A DNA stretch of 53,421 nucleotides from an uncultured Planctomycetia bacterium (GTDB taxonomy: Bacteria > Omnitrophota > Gorgyraeia > 1-14-0-20-64-10), in the NCBI GenBank assembly GCA_964373055.1, contig CAYJTM010000002.1:1-53421 (forward strand). The letters are read 5' to 3'. Below, in pieces: positions 1-9,677 of this stretch; position 1 is the stretch's first letter; each line of letters begins with the position of its first letter. The notes beneath the pieces are model-generated. The model saw only the letters and a program-made list of their open reading frames with translations. It searched no databases and was not told the origin of the DNA. Both the position numbers and the translations under genes were made by a program.

Positions 1-2
1 CG

Positions 3-218
3 GTGATGGCCGCCTTCATGGGGCTGCTGCCGATCATGTGGTCCCACGGGGCCGGAGCGGACCTCATGAAGCGGATCGCCGCTCCCATGGTGGGAGGGCT
101 GTTCACCTCTTTCCTGCTGGAGCTTTTGGTCTACCCGGCGGTCTATTTCATCTGGAAGTGGCGGTTTGAGATGCGGCGAGGCAAGGCGGAATGGGTTCTC
201 CAGCAGCAGGGAGGGTGA
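3..218 (+). CDS. RND heavy-metal efflux permease (CusA/CzcA family), C-terminal fragment; 5' end lies outside the window
   Basis: The reading frame is open from the window edge. The last TM helix and tail (APMVGGLFTSFLLELLVYPAVYFIWKWR) are typical of HME-RND pumps. Copper genes follow. Confidence 0.75.
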   Translation: MMAAFMGLLPIMWSHGAGADLMKRIAAPMVGGLFTSFLLELLVYPAVYFIWKWRFEMRRGKAEWVLQQQGG

Positions 219-222
219 CGCG

Positions 223-555
223 ATGGCGGTGACTCAGGAGGATCTGGACGGGCTTTGGAAACGGGTGGGGTTGGGGCAGCTGCGCGCGGCCCTTCTGCGG
301 GTGCAGGGATTGAACCGGGAGTTTGAGCGGGTGCTCCGGCTTCTGCCGTCCTGCGACCAATGCGCCCGGGCCAAGCTCTTGGAGCAGATCCGCGGCGCCG
401 GCAGCCGCTTGAGCAGCGAGGCGGTGAATCTTTCCGTGCTGGCGGAGAGCGTGAAATCCACGGTGAAAGCGGCCGAGGACGCGCAGTGCATGCTGGAGAC
501 GAACCCTCCGCAACCCTGCCATTGCCCGCACGGGGAGTGCCGCTGCCATGGTTGA
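223..555 (+). CDS. hypothetical small protein with C-terminal Cys/His cluster (possible metal-binding accessory protein)
   Basis: ATG at 223 lies 5 nt after the RND stop and has a GGGAGGG RBS about 8 nt upstream. The tail is ...PPQPCHCPHGECRCHG. I recognise no family. Confidence 0.5.
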   Translation: MAVTQEDLDGLWKRVGLGQLRAALLRVQGLNREFERVLRLLPSCDQCARAKLLEQIRGAGSRLSSEAVNLSVLAESVKSTVKAAEDAQCMLETNPPQPCHCPHGECRCHG

Positions 556-1303
556 ATCTTCAAAAGTCCCGCTGTTGGCGGGAATGCCGATGAAGATCGG
601 GGTGATGGGAGGGGCGACCGGAGAATTTTCAAAAGAGCATCTGGACAAGGCGCACCGGTTGGGGGAGGCCGCCGCCAAGCGGGGCTGTATTCTGGTCACC
701 GGCGGCTGCCCCGGGCTCCCCCACGCGGCGGCGTGCGGGGCAAAACAAGGAGGCGGGTTCGTCATCGGAATTTCACCGGGCCTGAGCCTCGAAGAGCATG
801 TCCAGAAATACCGTTCGCCGGTTGAGTTCTACGACGTGCTCATCTACACCGGCAGCGGGCTGATGGGCCGGGAAGTGGTGAACATCCGCAGTTCCGACAT
901 CGTGGTGATCATCGGGGGCCGGAGCGGGACGCTGGGGGAGCTGGCCATCGCTTACGACGAGGGCAAGCTGATCGGCGTGCTGACCGGCACCGGCGGCATC
1001 AGCGACCTGGCGAAGGAGATCCTGGCGGCCTGCGAGAAGGATACCGGATCCCGAGTCGTCTACTCGGACGACCCGGAGAAACTGATCGGTGAACTGGTCC
1101 GGGTGTATCTGGAGGCGCACTACCGCCGCCCATCCGTTTTTTCCGGAGAACCGAAGCCAGACGAGGAGCAAGACGTTGTCTGCGGGATGCGGCTGGACCC
1201 TCAGCGGGCGGTCGCGGAGCGCCGGGCCGGCGGGAAACGGTACCTTTTCTGTTCCACCGCGTGCGCCGCGCGGTTCGACGCGGAGCCGGAGCGGTATGCC
1301 TAG
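548..1303 (+). CDS. TIGR00725/LOG-like (SLOG Rossmann) protein fused to a C-terminal YHS/TRASH metal-binding domain
   Basis: N-terminal KIGVMGGATG...VTGGCPGLPHAAACGAKQGGG...IGGRSGTLGE is LOG-like. C-terminal VVCGMRLDP...[19 protein letters not shown] is YHS. The start could instead be the ATG at 584. Confidence 0.7.
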   Translation: MVESSKVPLLAGMPMKIGVMGGATGEFSKEHLDKAHRLGEAAAKRGCILVTGGCPGLPHAAACGAKQGGGFVIGISPGLSLEEHVQKYRSPVEFYDVLIYTGSGLMGREVVNIRSSDIVVIIGGRSGTLGELAIAYDEGKLIGVLTGTGGISDLAKEILAACEKDTGSRVVYSDDPEKLIGELVRVYLEAHYRRPSVFSGEPKPDEEQDVVCGMRLDPQRAVAERRAGGKRYLFCSTACAARFDAEPERYA

Positions 1304-2690
1304 CCTTCAATTTTTGGGGGCGTCCGGGACCGTCACGGGGTCCAAATTCCTCGTCCAAGTAGGGCACCGGCAGCTGCTGCTGGACGCGGGACTCTTCCAG
1401 GGGCTCAAGGAGCTGCGCCTGCGCAACTGGGCCGACCCGCCCTTCAACCCGCCGGCGCTGGAGGCGGTGGTTCTCAGCCACGCCCACATTGACCACTCCG
1501 GGTTTCTGCCGCGGCTGGCGCGGATGGGATTCCGCGGCAAGATCTATTGCACCTCCGGCACGGCGGACCTCCTGCGGGTGATGCTGCCGGACGCGGCCTC
1601 TCTCCAAGAGGAAGATGCCGGGAGAGCCAACCGGAAAGGGTACACCCGACACAGGCCGGCCTTGCCGCTCTACACGCAAGAAGACGCGAAGAAGGCGCTT
1701 AAAACTTTGAGACCCTGCACCTACGAAAATCCCATCCGGGTGACGGAGGGATGCTCCGCTCTGTTCCGCCGCACGGCCCACATCCTGGGGGCGGCCAGTG
1801 TGGAGCTTCAGCTGGATAACGGGGAGGCGGGGCCGTTCCGGCTGGTCTACTCAGGCGATCTGGGCCGTTGGGATCAACCGATCCTCCGGGATCCGGAGCT
1901 TGTCCCCGAGGCGGACATCCTGCTGCTGGAGTCCACCTACGGAGACCGGACCCATCCAGCCGACCCCTCGACGGAGCTGGCACGGGTGGTCAACGAAGCC
2001 GCGCGCAGGGGAGGGGCCTTGCTGATTCCCGCCTTCGCGGTGGGGCGGGCGCAGGAGGTGATCTGGCGGCTGAGGCAGCTGCAGGACCAGCAGAGGATCC
2101 CATCCCTGCCGGTCTACCTGGACAGCCCGATGGCGATTGACGTCTCCGGGATCTACTGCCGGCACACCGAGGACCACGATCTGGAGATGAAGGAGCTGAT
2201 GGACAAGAAAGAGTGCCCCCTTTGCTGCCGGAACCAGAATTTCGCGAGGACTCCCGGTGAGTCCAAGGAGATCAACCGGGTGAAAGGCCCCGCGATCATC
2301 ATCTCTTCCAGCGGCATGGCCACCGGCGGGCGGATCCTCCACCATCTCGAGAAGCGCCTGCCTGATCCGCGGACGACCGTCCTGCTGGTCGGTTTCCAGG
2401 CGGCGGGCACCCGCGGGCGCCTTCTGAAGGAGGGGGCCCGCTTCCTGCGCATGTATGGGCAGGAGGTCCCGGTCCGCGCGCATGTTGAGACGATTGACGG
2501 CCTTTCCGCCCACGCTGATCAGGGAGACATCCTGCGCTGGCTCTCCGGATTCCGGCGGCCGCCCCGGCAGACCTTTGTGGTCCATGGGGAGCCGGGCCAG
2601 AGCGCGGCGTTGACGCGGACCATCACCGACCGGCTGAAATGGAATGTCCGTCCGGCCGTGGACGGCGAGACGGTGGACCTGCTGAAATGA
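1296..2690 (+). CDS. MBL-fold beta-CASP hydrolase (RNA-specificity-domain type)
   Basis: [17 protein letters not shown]..., the HAHIDHSG motif, and a C-terminal SAHADQ..L motif. The ATG at 1296 overlaps the upstream stop. The ORF track N-extension from 1089 overlaps the previous gene and is rejected. Confidence 0.8.
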   Translation: MPSLQFLGASGTVTGSKFLVQVGHRQLLLDAGLFQGLKELRLRNWADPPFNPPALEAVVLSHAHIDHSGFLPRLARMGFRGKIYCTSGTADLLRVMLPDAASLQEEDAGRANRKGYTRHRPALPLYTQEDAKKALKTLRPCTYENPIRVTEGCSALFRRTAHILGAASVELQLDNGEAGPFRLVYSGDLGRWDQPILRDPELVPEADILLLESTYGDRTHPADPSTELARVVNEAARRGGALLIPAFAVGRAQEVIWRLRQLQDQQRIPSLPVYLDSPMAIDVSGIYCRHTEDHDLEMKELMDKKECPLCCRNQNFARTPGESKEINRVKGPAIIISSSGMATGGRILHHLEKRLPDPRTTVLLVGFQAAGTRGRLLKEGARFLRMYGQEVPVRAHVETIDGLSAHADQGDILRWLSGFRRPPRQTFVVHGEPGQSAALTRTITDRLKWNVRPAVDGETVDLLK

Positions 2691-4801
2691 TTTATACCTG
2701 CCCGATGCACCCGGAGGTGGTTCAGGATCGGCCCGGTGCTTGTCCTAAGTGCGGGATGGATTTGGAGCGCCAGGCCCCCGCCGCGGAGGAGGAAACGAAT
2801 CCCGAGCTGCTCGATATGGCCCGCCGGTTCCGGGCGGCTCTTCTCCTCACCGTCCCGGTCTTCCTGCTGGCCATGTCGGACATGATCCCGGGTCAACCCC
2901 TCCAGCAGTGGGTTTCCGACCGATTGCTGGGCTGGGTCCAGTTTTTGTTGGCGACCCCGGTTGTCCTCTGGGGCGGGTGGCCGTTTTTCCAGCGGGGATG
3001 GGCTTCCATCGTCCATCGGCGGCTCAACATGTTTACGCTGATTGCCCTGGGGACGGGAGCGGCCTACCTCTACAGCGTCGCCGCCCTCCTGTTCCACGAT
3101 CTGTTCCCCCCGTCCCTCCATAGTCACCGGGGGAGCGTTCCCATCTATTTTGAAGCCGCGGCCGTCATTACCACGCTGGTCTTGCTCGGCCAGGTGTTGG
3201 AGCTGCGGGCCCGAAGCCAAACAAGCAGCGCGATCAGAGCCCTGTTGAATCTTGCCCCGAAGACGGCCCGATTGCTGCGGGAAGATGGGATGGAGGAAGA
3301 GGTGCCCCTCGACCGTGTCAAGACCGGCGACCGGCTTCGGGTCCGGCCCGGCGAGAAGATTCCCGTGGATGGAGTGGTGCTGGAGGGGACGAGCGCGGTC
3401 GATGAGTCCATGATGACGGGGGAGCCGATTCCGGTGGAGAAGCTCGCGGGCCGGAAGGTGACCGGGTCCACCCGCAACGGCGCCGGAAGCCTGGTGATTC
3501 GGGCCGAGCGGGTGGGCAGCGAGTCTCTTCTTGCGCAGATCGTGCGGATGGTCGGTGAAGCCCAGCGCAGCCGGGCCCCCATTCAACGCCTTGCGGATGT
3601 GGTCTCGGCGTACTTCGTTCCGGCGGTGATCTTGGCGGCCTTCCTGACCGGCCTGGTCTGGGGGTGGGTGGGTCCCGAGCCGCGGCTGACGTACGCGTTG
3701 GTGAACGCGGTCGCCGTGTTGATCATCGCCTGTCCCTGCGCGCTGGGTCTGGCGACGCCGATGTCGATCATGGTGGGGATGGGCCGCGGCGCCCAGGCCG
3801 GAATCCTTATCAAGAACGCTGAAGCGCTCGAGAGGGTCGAGAAGGTGGACACCCTGATCGTGGACAAGACCGGCACGCTGACCGAAGGGAAACCGCGGTT
3901 GATCTCCGTGAACCCGGCGGCGGGATGGGATGAGCCCGGCCTACTGCGGTTGGCGGCTAGTCTGGAGCAGGCCAGCGAACATCCGCTGGCCCAAGCCATC
4001 GTCGCCGGGGCGAGGGAACGGCAGGTCCAACCCGGGCGGGTCGGGGAGTTTCAGTCGAAGACCGGCAAGGGGGTCACGGGTGTTGTGGACGGCCGCCGTG
4101 TCGCTTTGGGGAACCAGGCGCTGATGGAAGAGACCGGCCTCTCCGTCCAGGCGCTGTCGGATCAGGCGGAGAGATTGCGCCGAGAGGGACAGACTGTCCT
4201 ATTCGTGGCGGTGGACGGAAAGCCGGCCGGCTTCCTGGCGGTGGCCGATCCGATAAAAGGATCCACTCCGGAGGCCATCCAACTACTGCACCGGGAGGGG
4301 ATCCGGATTGTGATGGTGACCGGAGATAACCTGACGACCGCCCAGGCGGTGGCGAAGAAGCTTGGCCTCGACGAGGTGCATGCCGGGGTCCTCCCGGAAA
4401 GAAAAGGGGATCTCGTCAAACAACTCCAGGCAAAGGGCCGTGTCGTGGCGATGGCGGGCGACGGTGTGAACGACGCCCCGGCCCTCGCGCAGGCCGATGT
4501 AGGGATTGCCATGGGGACCGGAACCGATGTGGCGATGGAAAGCGCCGGGGCGACGCTCGTGAAGGGGGATTTGCGCGGCATCGCCCGCCTGCGCGCTTTA
4601 AGCCAGGCCACGATGCGCAACATCCGGCAGAACCTCTTCTTCGCGTTCATCTACAATGTCCTCGGGGTGCCGGTCGCGGCAGGGGCGCTTTACCCCTTCT
4701 TCGGGATCCTCCTTAGCCCGATGATCGCGGGGGCGGCGATGAGCTTCAGCTCCGTGTCGGTCATCGGCAACGCGCTGCGCCTGCGCCGCGTCAAGCTCTG
4801 A
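2687..4801 (+). CDS. copA: copper-translocating P1B-type ATPase with N-terminal CPMHPEV...CPKCGM metal-binding domain
   Basis: CPC (IIACPCALG), DKTGTLT and [10 protein letters not shown] motifs are present. ATGA start/stop overlap with the upstream gene. Confidence 0.95.
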   Translation: MIYTCPMHPEVVQDRPGACPKCGMDLERQAPAAEEETNPELLDMARRFRAALLLTVPVFLLAMSDMIPGQPLQQWVSDRLLGWVQFLLATPVVLWGGWPFFQRGWASIVHRRLNMFTLIALGTGAAYLYSVAALLFHDLFPPSLHSHRGSVPIYFEAAAVITTLVLLGQVLELRARSQTSSAIRALLNLAPKTARLLREDGMEEEVPLDRVKTGDRLRVRPGEKIPVDGVVLEGTSAVDESMMTGEPIPVEKLAGRKVTGSTRNGAGSLVIRAERVGSESLLAQIVRMVGEAQRSRAPIQRLADVVSAYFVPAVILAAFLTGLVWGWVGPEPRLTYALVNAVAVLIIACPCALGLATPMSIMVGMGRGAQAGILIKNAEALERVEKVDTLIVDKTGTLTEGKPRLISVNPAAGWDEPGLLRLAASLEQASEHPLAQAIVAGARERQVQPGRVGEFQSKTGKGVTGVVDGRRVALGNQALMEETGLSVQALSDQAERLRREGQTVLFVAVDGKPAGFLAVADPIKGSTPEAIQLLHREGIRIVMVTGDNLTTAQAVAKKLGLDEVHAGVLPERKGDLVKQLQAKGRVVAMAGDGVNDAPALAQADVGIAMGTGTDVAMESAGATLVKGDLRGIARLRALSQATMRNIRQNLFFAFIYNVLGVPVAAGALYPFFGILLSPMIAGAAMSFSSVSVIGNALRLRRVKL

Positions 4802-4835
4802 TGCTGCCCGCCCCGTCAATGAGAAGGATGGATGA

Positions 4836-6185
4836 ATGACGCACAAAACCGAATTAATTCTGGCATTCTTTTTCACCGCGGGGGCTACTTCCGGCTGCGC
4901 GTCGGTTCCTGCCCGTGGCGGATTGGAGGACGTTCAGAAGCTCGCGGAACCGCGCGCGGGGGTTCACGTCCATTGGGATCAGGGCCGGCCTGAGGATTTG
5001 GAAGCGGAACAGGCTGTCCAACAGATGCTGGAGGATGAGCTTGGTCAGGAGGAGACGGTGCAGATCGCGCTTTTCAGGAACGGTTCCTTGCAGGCTACGT
5101 TCGAAGAGCTCGGAATCGCCCAGGCGGACCTGGTTCAGGCGGGACTCCTTCAGAACCCGGTTTTTGGGGCGGTGGTCCGTTTTCCGCACGATCCGGAAGG
5201 ATCCACAGAAACCGATTTTTCGATCTCGCAGGATCTGTGGGATCTTTTATCGCGTCCCTTGCGAACGAAACTGGCCGCCGCCGAATTTGAAGAGGCCAAG
5301 CTCCGGGTCGGGGATGCCGCGGTGAATCTCGCTGCCGAGGTCCGGTCCGCCTACGTTGCTCTTCAGGCGGCGGAGCATACGCACGCCACGCTTCAAACCA
5401 TTGTCCAAGCGGCTCAGGCCGCGGCGGAGCTGGCCGAGCGGCAGTATGCGGCGGGAAACATCAATGCCCTGGATCTGGCCAGGGAGCAGGCCGTCTTCCA
5501 GGAATCGGAGTTGGAGATGGCTCGCGGCGAATCCGAAGCGCTGGCGGAGAGGGAACGTTTGAACCGCCTCATGGGCCTTCCGGGGTTTCCGACATGGAAA
5601 ATCTCAAAGAATCTTCCGGAACTTCCAGGCCAAGAACTCCCGCTGGAAGATTTGGAGGATCGGGCTTTGACTCAGCGGCTGGATCTTGCCGCCGCCCGGA
5701 AGGAGGTTGAGGTTCTGGAACGGAACCTCGTTCTGGTTCGCCGGGGAATCATCCCGAAGGCGGAACTGGGAATCGAGATGGAGCATGAGGAGGGCGAGAG
5801 GGCCACCGGGCCGAGGGCGGAAGTAGGTCTGCCTCTTTTTGACCGTCGCCAGGGAGCGATCGCCCGGGCCCAAGCCGAGCTGCGACAGGGACAAAGACGG
5901 CTCGCCGCCTTCGAAACACGGGTCCGATCAGAAGTCCGCTCCGCGTGGGATCGGCTGCGGGTCACCCGCCGGATGGTTGAGCGGTACAGGGACGATCTGA
6001 TCCCTCTGCGCGAAAAGGTTGTGGAGGAATCCCAGAAGCAGTACAACTTCATGCTGATTGGCGTCTTCCAGCTGCTTCAGGACAAGCGAGAGGAGATCGC
6101 GGCTTACCGCGAGTATGTTAAGGCTTTCCGGGATTACTGGACTGCCAGGACCGATTTGGAGAAGGCCGTGGGAGGTCATTCATGA
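4836..6185 (+). CDS. outer-membrane efflux lipoprotein (TolC/CusC/CzcC family)
   Basis: Lipobox ...TSGCAS. Two repeated coiled alpha/beta OEP-like halves. Lies inside the metal cluster. Confidence 0.85.
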   Translation: MTHKTELILAFFFTAGATSGCASVPARGGLEDVQKLAEPRAGVHVHWDQGRPEDLEAEQAVQQMLEDELGQEETVQIALFRNGSLQATFEELGIAQADLVQAGLLQNPVFGAVVRFPHDPEGSTETDFSISQDLWDLLSRPLRTKLAAAEFEEAKLRVGDAAVNLAAEVRSAYVALQAAEHTHATLQTIVQAAQAAAELAERQYAAGNINALDLAREQAVFQESELEMARGESEALAERERLNRLMGLPGFPTWKISKNLPELPGQELPLEDLEDRALTQRLDLAAARKEVEVLERNLVLVRRGIIPKAELGIEMEHEEGERATGPRAEVGLPLFDRRQGAIARAQAELRQGQRRLAAFETRVRSEVRSAWDRLRVTRRMVERYRDDLIPLREKVVEESQKQYNFMLIGVFQLLQDKREEIAAYREYVKAFRDYWTARTDLEKAVGGHS

Positions 6186-7609
6186 AACGCTCGCTGAAAC
6201 TCATCGCTTTTCTTGGGTCCGCGGTTCTTGCCTTGGCCGCAAGTCCGCTCCTCGCGAGGAGTGAACCTAATCAACAAAGTCAGGATGAATTGTTGCCGTA
6301 CACCCCGGTGATTACTCCCAACGGAAGCACGCTTCCCTGGAAGATGGTGGATGGCGTGAAGGAGTTCCACCTGACCGTTGAGGAGGTTGAATGGGAAGTC
6401 GCCCCGGGGATGACGATCAAGGCCTGGGGCTACAACGGCCAGACGCCAGGGCCGACGATTGAGGCGGTGGAAGGCGACAGAGTTCGAATTCTTGTCACCA
6501 ACAAACTCCCCGAGCCCACGGCCGTTCACTGGCATGGAGTACTGCTCCCCAGCGGGATGGACGGCGTTCAGGGGCTTACTCAAAAACCCATCATGCCTGG
6601 AGAAACCTTTGCCTACGAGTTTACACTGAAGCAGCACGGCACCCAGATGTATCACTCGCATGGCGATGAGATGGTGCAGATCGGTCTTGGGACGATGGGT
6701 TTTTTCATCATCCATCCCAGGCATCGGAGTCCTAAAATCGACCGGGATTACGCGATCTTCCTGAATGAGTGGTTCGTGGAACCCGGCAGTTCCCGTCCGG
6801 ATCCCAACGTCATGACGGACTTCAATCTCTTCACGTTTAATAGCCGCGCGTTTCCCGGCACAGCTCCTCTTTTGGCCCGGCCCGGAGAGCGGGTTCGCGT
6901 CCGCGTCGGGCATGTGGGGCAGGATTTTCACGCGATCCATATGCACGGCCATACCTTCAATATTGTCGCGACCGACGGCGGCGATATCCCCGAATCCGCC
7001 CAGTGGCCTGAAACCACGGTAGCGATCGGGCCGGGCCAAACTCGCGATTATGAATTTATCGCGATCCCCGGAGACTGGGCGCTTCATTGCCATCTCCGGC
7101 ATCACCCCATGAACGCGATGGGGCACGACGTTCCCAATATCCTCGGTGTCAGCCAGGAAGGGGTGGAGGAGAAAATTCAAGCGCTTCTGCCAGGCTACAT
7201 GGCGATGGGAGAAAAGGGGATGCATGAGCATCTTGAGCACTCCAAGCACATGAAAGGTCCCGAGAATACGCTGCCCATGATGGGAGGGGACGGACCTTTT
7301 GGCCCGATCGGGATGGGGGGCATGTTCACGGTGCTTAAAGTTCACGAAGGGATTCCGGATTTCAAAACGGCGGGGGAATATACCCGGCAGGTGAAACTGC
7401 CCGGCGATTTTGGGTGGTACGACAATCCAGCCGGAACAGTGGCGGATATTTCTCCCGGATACGAAAACCAACCCAGCAAGGCCGGCATGGTTTATGCCTG
7501 CCCGATGCATCCTGAAGTGCAACAAGATAAACTAGGTTCCTGCCCTAAGTGTGGGATGTCATTAAAACCAGACCGTCAGGAGGGCGCTCATCCCCATGAA
7601 CATCATTGA
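6182..7609 (+). CDS. multicopper oxidase with Met-rich loop, C-terminal CPMHPEV...CPKCGM domain and His-rich tail
   Basis: Copper ligand motifs HWHG, HSHG, HMHGH and HCHLRHH, plus a signal peptide. 4-nt overlap with the upstream gene. Confidence 0.9.
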   Translation: MKRSLKLIAFLGSAVLALAASPLLARSEPNQQSQDELLPYTPVITPNGSTLPWKMVDGVKEFHLTVEEVEWEVAPGMTIKAWGYNGQTPGPTIEAVEGDRVRILVTNKLPEPTAVHWHGVLLPSGMDGVQGLTQKPIMPGETFAYEFTLKQHGTQMYHSHGDEMVQIGLGTMGFFIIHPRHRSPKIDRDYAIFLNEWFVEPGSSRPDPNVMTDFNLFTFNSRAFPGTAPLLARPGERVRVRVGHVGQDFHAIHMHGHTFNIVATDGGDIPESAQWPETTVAIGPGQTRDYEFIAIPGDWALHCHLRHHPMNAMGHDVPNILGVSQEGVEEKIQALLPGYMAMGEKGMHEHLEHSKHMKGPENTLPMMGGDGPFGPIGMGGMFTVLKVHEGIPDFKTAGEYTRQVKLPGDFGWYDNPAGTVADISPGYENQPSKAGMVYACPMHPEVQQDKLGSCPKCGMSLKPDRQEGAHPHEHH

Positions 7610-8108
7610 GTCATGGCTGAAGGCCATCGGTCCTTTTCCGATGGAGAGTGTTCACCCCTTGGTGATCCATTTTCCCATCGCTCTGCTGCTCGCCGCGCTG
7701 TTGCTCGATGCGTTGGCGCTGGTCTTCAAACGGCCCCAGCTGCATCGGGTGGCTCTCTGGAACCTTTTATTGGGGACGTTGGGAGCCGGCCTGGCTGTCT
7801 GGACCGGCTACCGGGCGGCAGAGATCGCCAAACATTCCATGGAGATCCATCAAGTCATGGAGCTCCATCGTAAGTTGGGAATCGCGACGCTGATTCTTGC
7901 AGGCTTCGTGGTGGTTTGGCGGCTTTTTAAACGGGACCGTCTGACTGCCCAAGGCAGGGTCCTCATGCTGTTTTTAATGCTGGCCGTGGCGGCCTCGCTG
8001 TCACTCGGAGCCCACTTGGGAGGCCGGCTGGTGTATGAATTTGGGGTAGGCGGCAGCTACGGCCGGTCGGCAGGCGGCATAGAGGTCATTCACGAACACG
8101 TCCATTAA
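7596..8108 (+). CDS. DUF2231-family membrane protein
   Basis: VHPLVIHFPIALLLAALLLD followed by 3 further TM helices. Overlaps the MCO stop. Confidence 0.7.
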   Translation: MNIIESWLKAIGPFPMESVHPLVIHFPIALLLAALLLDALALVFKRPQLHRVALWNLLLGTLGAGLAVWTGYRAAEIAKHSMEIHQVMELHRKLGIATLILAGFVVVWRLFKRDRLTAQGRVLMLFLMLAVAASLSLGAHLGGRLVYEFGVGGSYGRSAGGIEVIHEHVH

Positions 8109-8126
8109 CCGAGAAGGAGAAGAAAG

Positions 8127-8525
8127 ATGAAACGATTATTGCTTGCGGCGGTAGCGGTCGGCGTTGCATCGGTGTCGGGAGTGGGTCTTGCTGAGGAGGG
8201 GCATTCCCACGCGCACGAGGCCCCGAAGGCCTCGGTCGGGACGCAAACCGTGACGGGCGAGGTGGTGGATCTGGCCTGCTATCTGGGCCACGGCGCTTCC
8301 GGGGCAGGCCATAAGGATTGCGCGCAGAAGTGCATCACTTCAGGCCTGCCGGTGGGGATCAAGTCCGGAGACACGATTTACCTGGCGGTCGGAAGCGAGC
8401 ACTCGCCGGCCAACGCCGCGCTGGCGTCGCTGGCGGCGCAGCAGGTGACGGTGGAGGGGGAGGTGACCGAACGGGACGGCGTGTATTTGATCGCCATCAA
8501 GAAGGTCACTCCGAAGGAGGCCTGA
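8127..8525 (+). CDS. secreted hypothetical Cys/His protein (possible periplasmic metal-binding protein)
   Basis: Signal peptide, EEGHSHAHEAP stretch, and four Cys (DLACYL...HKDCAQKC). RBS GAAGGAGAAG upstream. Confidence 0.55.
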   Translation: MKRLLLAAVAVGVASVSGVGLAEEGHSHAHEAPKASVGTQTVTGEVVDLACYLGHGASGAGHKDCAQKCITSGLPVGIKSGDTIYLAVGSEHSPANAALASLAAQQVTVEGEVTERDGVYLIAIKKVTPKEA

Positions 8526-8604
8526 CATCTCCACCCATCCGCATGGCCCGCAGGCCTCGAGGGATCTCCGGCCCCTGATCGGCGCGCTGTTTGTCACCGC
8601 GTTC

Positions 8605-9390
8605 GTGATGGGGCTGGAGATCGTGGCGGGTTTTCTCTCCCACAGTTTGGCCCTGCTGGCGGATGCCGGGCACATGGCCACCGACGCGGCGGCCCTTGGG
8701 ATGAGCTTGTTCGCCTGCTGGATCGCCCGTCAGCCGGCCACCCGGACCAAAACCTACGGCTTCTACCGGACCGAGATCCTGGCGGCGTTCCTCAACGGGC
8801 TGACCCTGTGGCTGATCGTGGCATGGATCGTCTACGAAGCCGTTCAGCGGTTTTTCCATCCGCCGGTTGTCCGCGCCCCGATGATGTTGGCGGCTGCCGT
8901 CATTGGTTTGGCGGCGAACTTGGGGTGCGCCTGGCTGCTGCGGCCCTCCCAGGCCCAGAGCCTCAACCTGCGCGGCGCCTATCTCCATGTCTTATCGGAT
9001 GCCCTGGGCTCCGTCAGCGTCATCGGGGCCGCGGTGGTGATCTGGACGACCGGCTGGTTTCGGGCCGATCCGATCGCCAGTCTCCTCGTCTGCGCGGGCA
9101 TCCTCTGGGGGTCGTGGAGCCTCATCCGAGACTCGGTTAATATTTTGCTGGAGGGGGCGCCCGCCCACATTGAGGTGCCCAAGGTCATGCGGGCGATGCA
9201 GGCCGTGCCGGGCGTGCGCCGCATCCACGACGTCCACATCTGGACGATCACCTCCGGGATGGAAGCCATGAGCGCCCACGTTGTCGTGGATGATTCCCTG
9301 GGGAGCCAAGAAGTCCTGAACCATCTCAACGCCCTGCTTTGCGATCGGTTCGGAATCCATCACACCACGTTTCAGCTGGAAACAAGCTAG
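8605..9390 (+). CDS. cation diffusion facilitator transporter (CzcD/ZitB-like); true start probably upstream (see findings)
   Basis: SLALLADAGHMATD, HVLSDALGS and a C-terminal dimerisation domain. GTG at 8605 is the first canonical start, but CDF-like sequence continues upstream to 8527. Confidence 0.9.
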   Translation: MMGLEIVAGFLSHSLALLADAGHMATDAAALGMSLFACWIARQPATRTKTYGFYRTEILAAFLNGLTLWLIVAWIVYEAVQRFFHPPVVRAPMMLAAAVIGLAANLGCAWLLRPSQAQSLNLRGAYLHVLSDALGSVSVIGAAVVIWTTGWFRADPIASLLVCAGILWGSWSLIRDSVNILLEGAPAHIEVPKVMRAMQAVPGVRRIHDVHIWTITSGMEAMSAHVVVDDSLGSQEVLNHLNALLCDRFGIHHTTFQLETS

Positions 9391-9399
9391 GGAGGGACA

Positions 9400-9582
9400 A
9401 TGCCGATCATCACGGTGGATTTGTTTGAAGGAAGGTCGAGAGAGCAGCGGGAAGCGTTCACCAAGGCGGTGACCGAAGCGGCCACGCGGGACCTGAAAGC
9501 GCCGCTGGACCACACCTGGGTGATCTTCCGGGACCACAAGAAAACCAACTGGGCAATTGGCGGGAAGCTCTGTGATGGGTAA
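9400..9582 (+). CDS. 4-oxalocrotonate tautomerase family protein
   Basis: 60 aa, beginning MPIITVDLFEGRS (catalytic Pro1 after Met removal). GGGAGGG RBS. Confidence 0.85.
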   Translation: MPIITVDLFEGRSREQREAFTKAVTEAATRDLKAPLDHTWVIFRDHKKTNWAIGGKLCDG

Positions 9583-9588
9583 CGCGGC

Positions 9589-9677
9589 GTCATTGCGAGG
9601 CCCGCAGGGCCGAAGCAATCCCCCTGTGTCCCGAGGAGATTGCTTCGTCGTCCACTGCGTGGACTCCTCGCAATGAC
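9589..9677. repeat. nested palindromic intergenic repeat, copy A
   Basis: GTCATTGCGAGG-[GGCCCGCAGGGCC hairpin]-CGAAGCAATC-loop-GAGATTGCTTCG-[GTCCACTGCGTGGAC hairpin]-CCTCGCAATGAC. Confidence 0.9.

Noticed and set aside
2519-3586. Long antisense ORFs opposite well-supported genes. Examples: 2519..3586, 6176..7525, 8992..10041, 11005..12156, 12539..13522, 13657..14805, 15198..16211, 18743..19774, 18888..20036, 35788..36888, 42229..43374, 48445..49647 and 51409..52719 (all minus strand).
   Set aside because: They lie opposite genes with unmistakable conserved motifs and have Arg/Pro/Gly-rich, low-complexity translations typical of GC-rich shadow frames. No recognisable domains.
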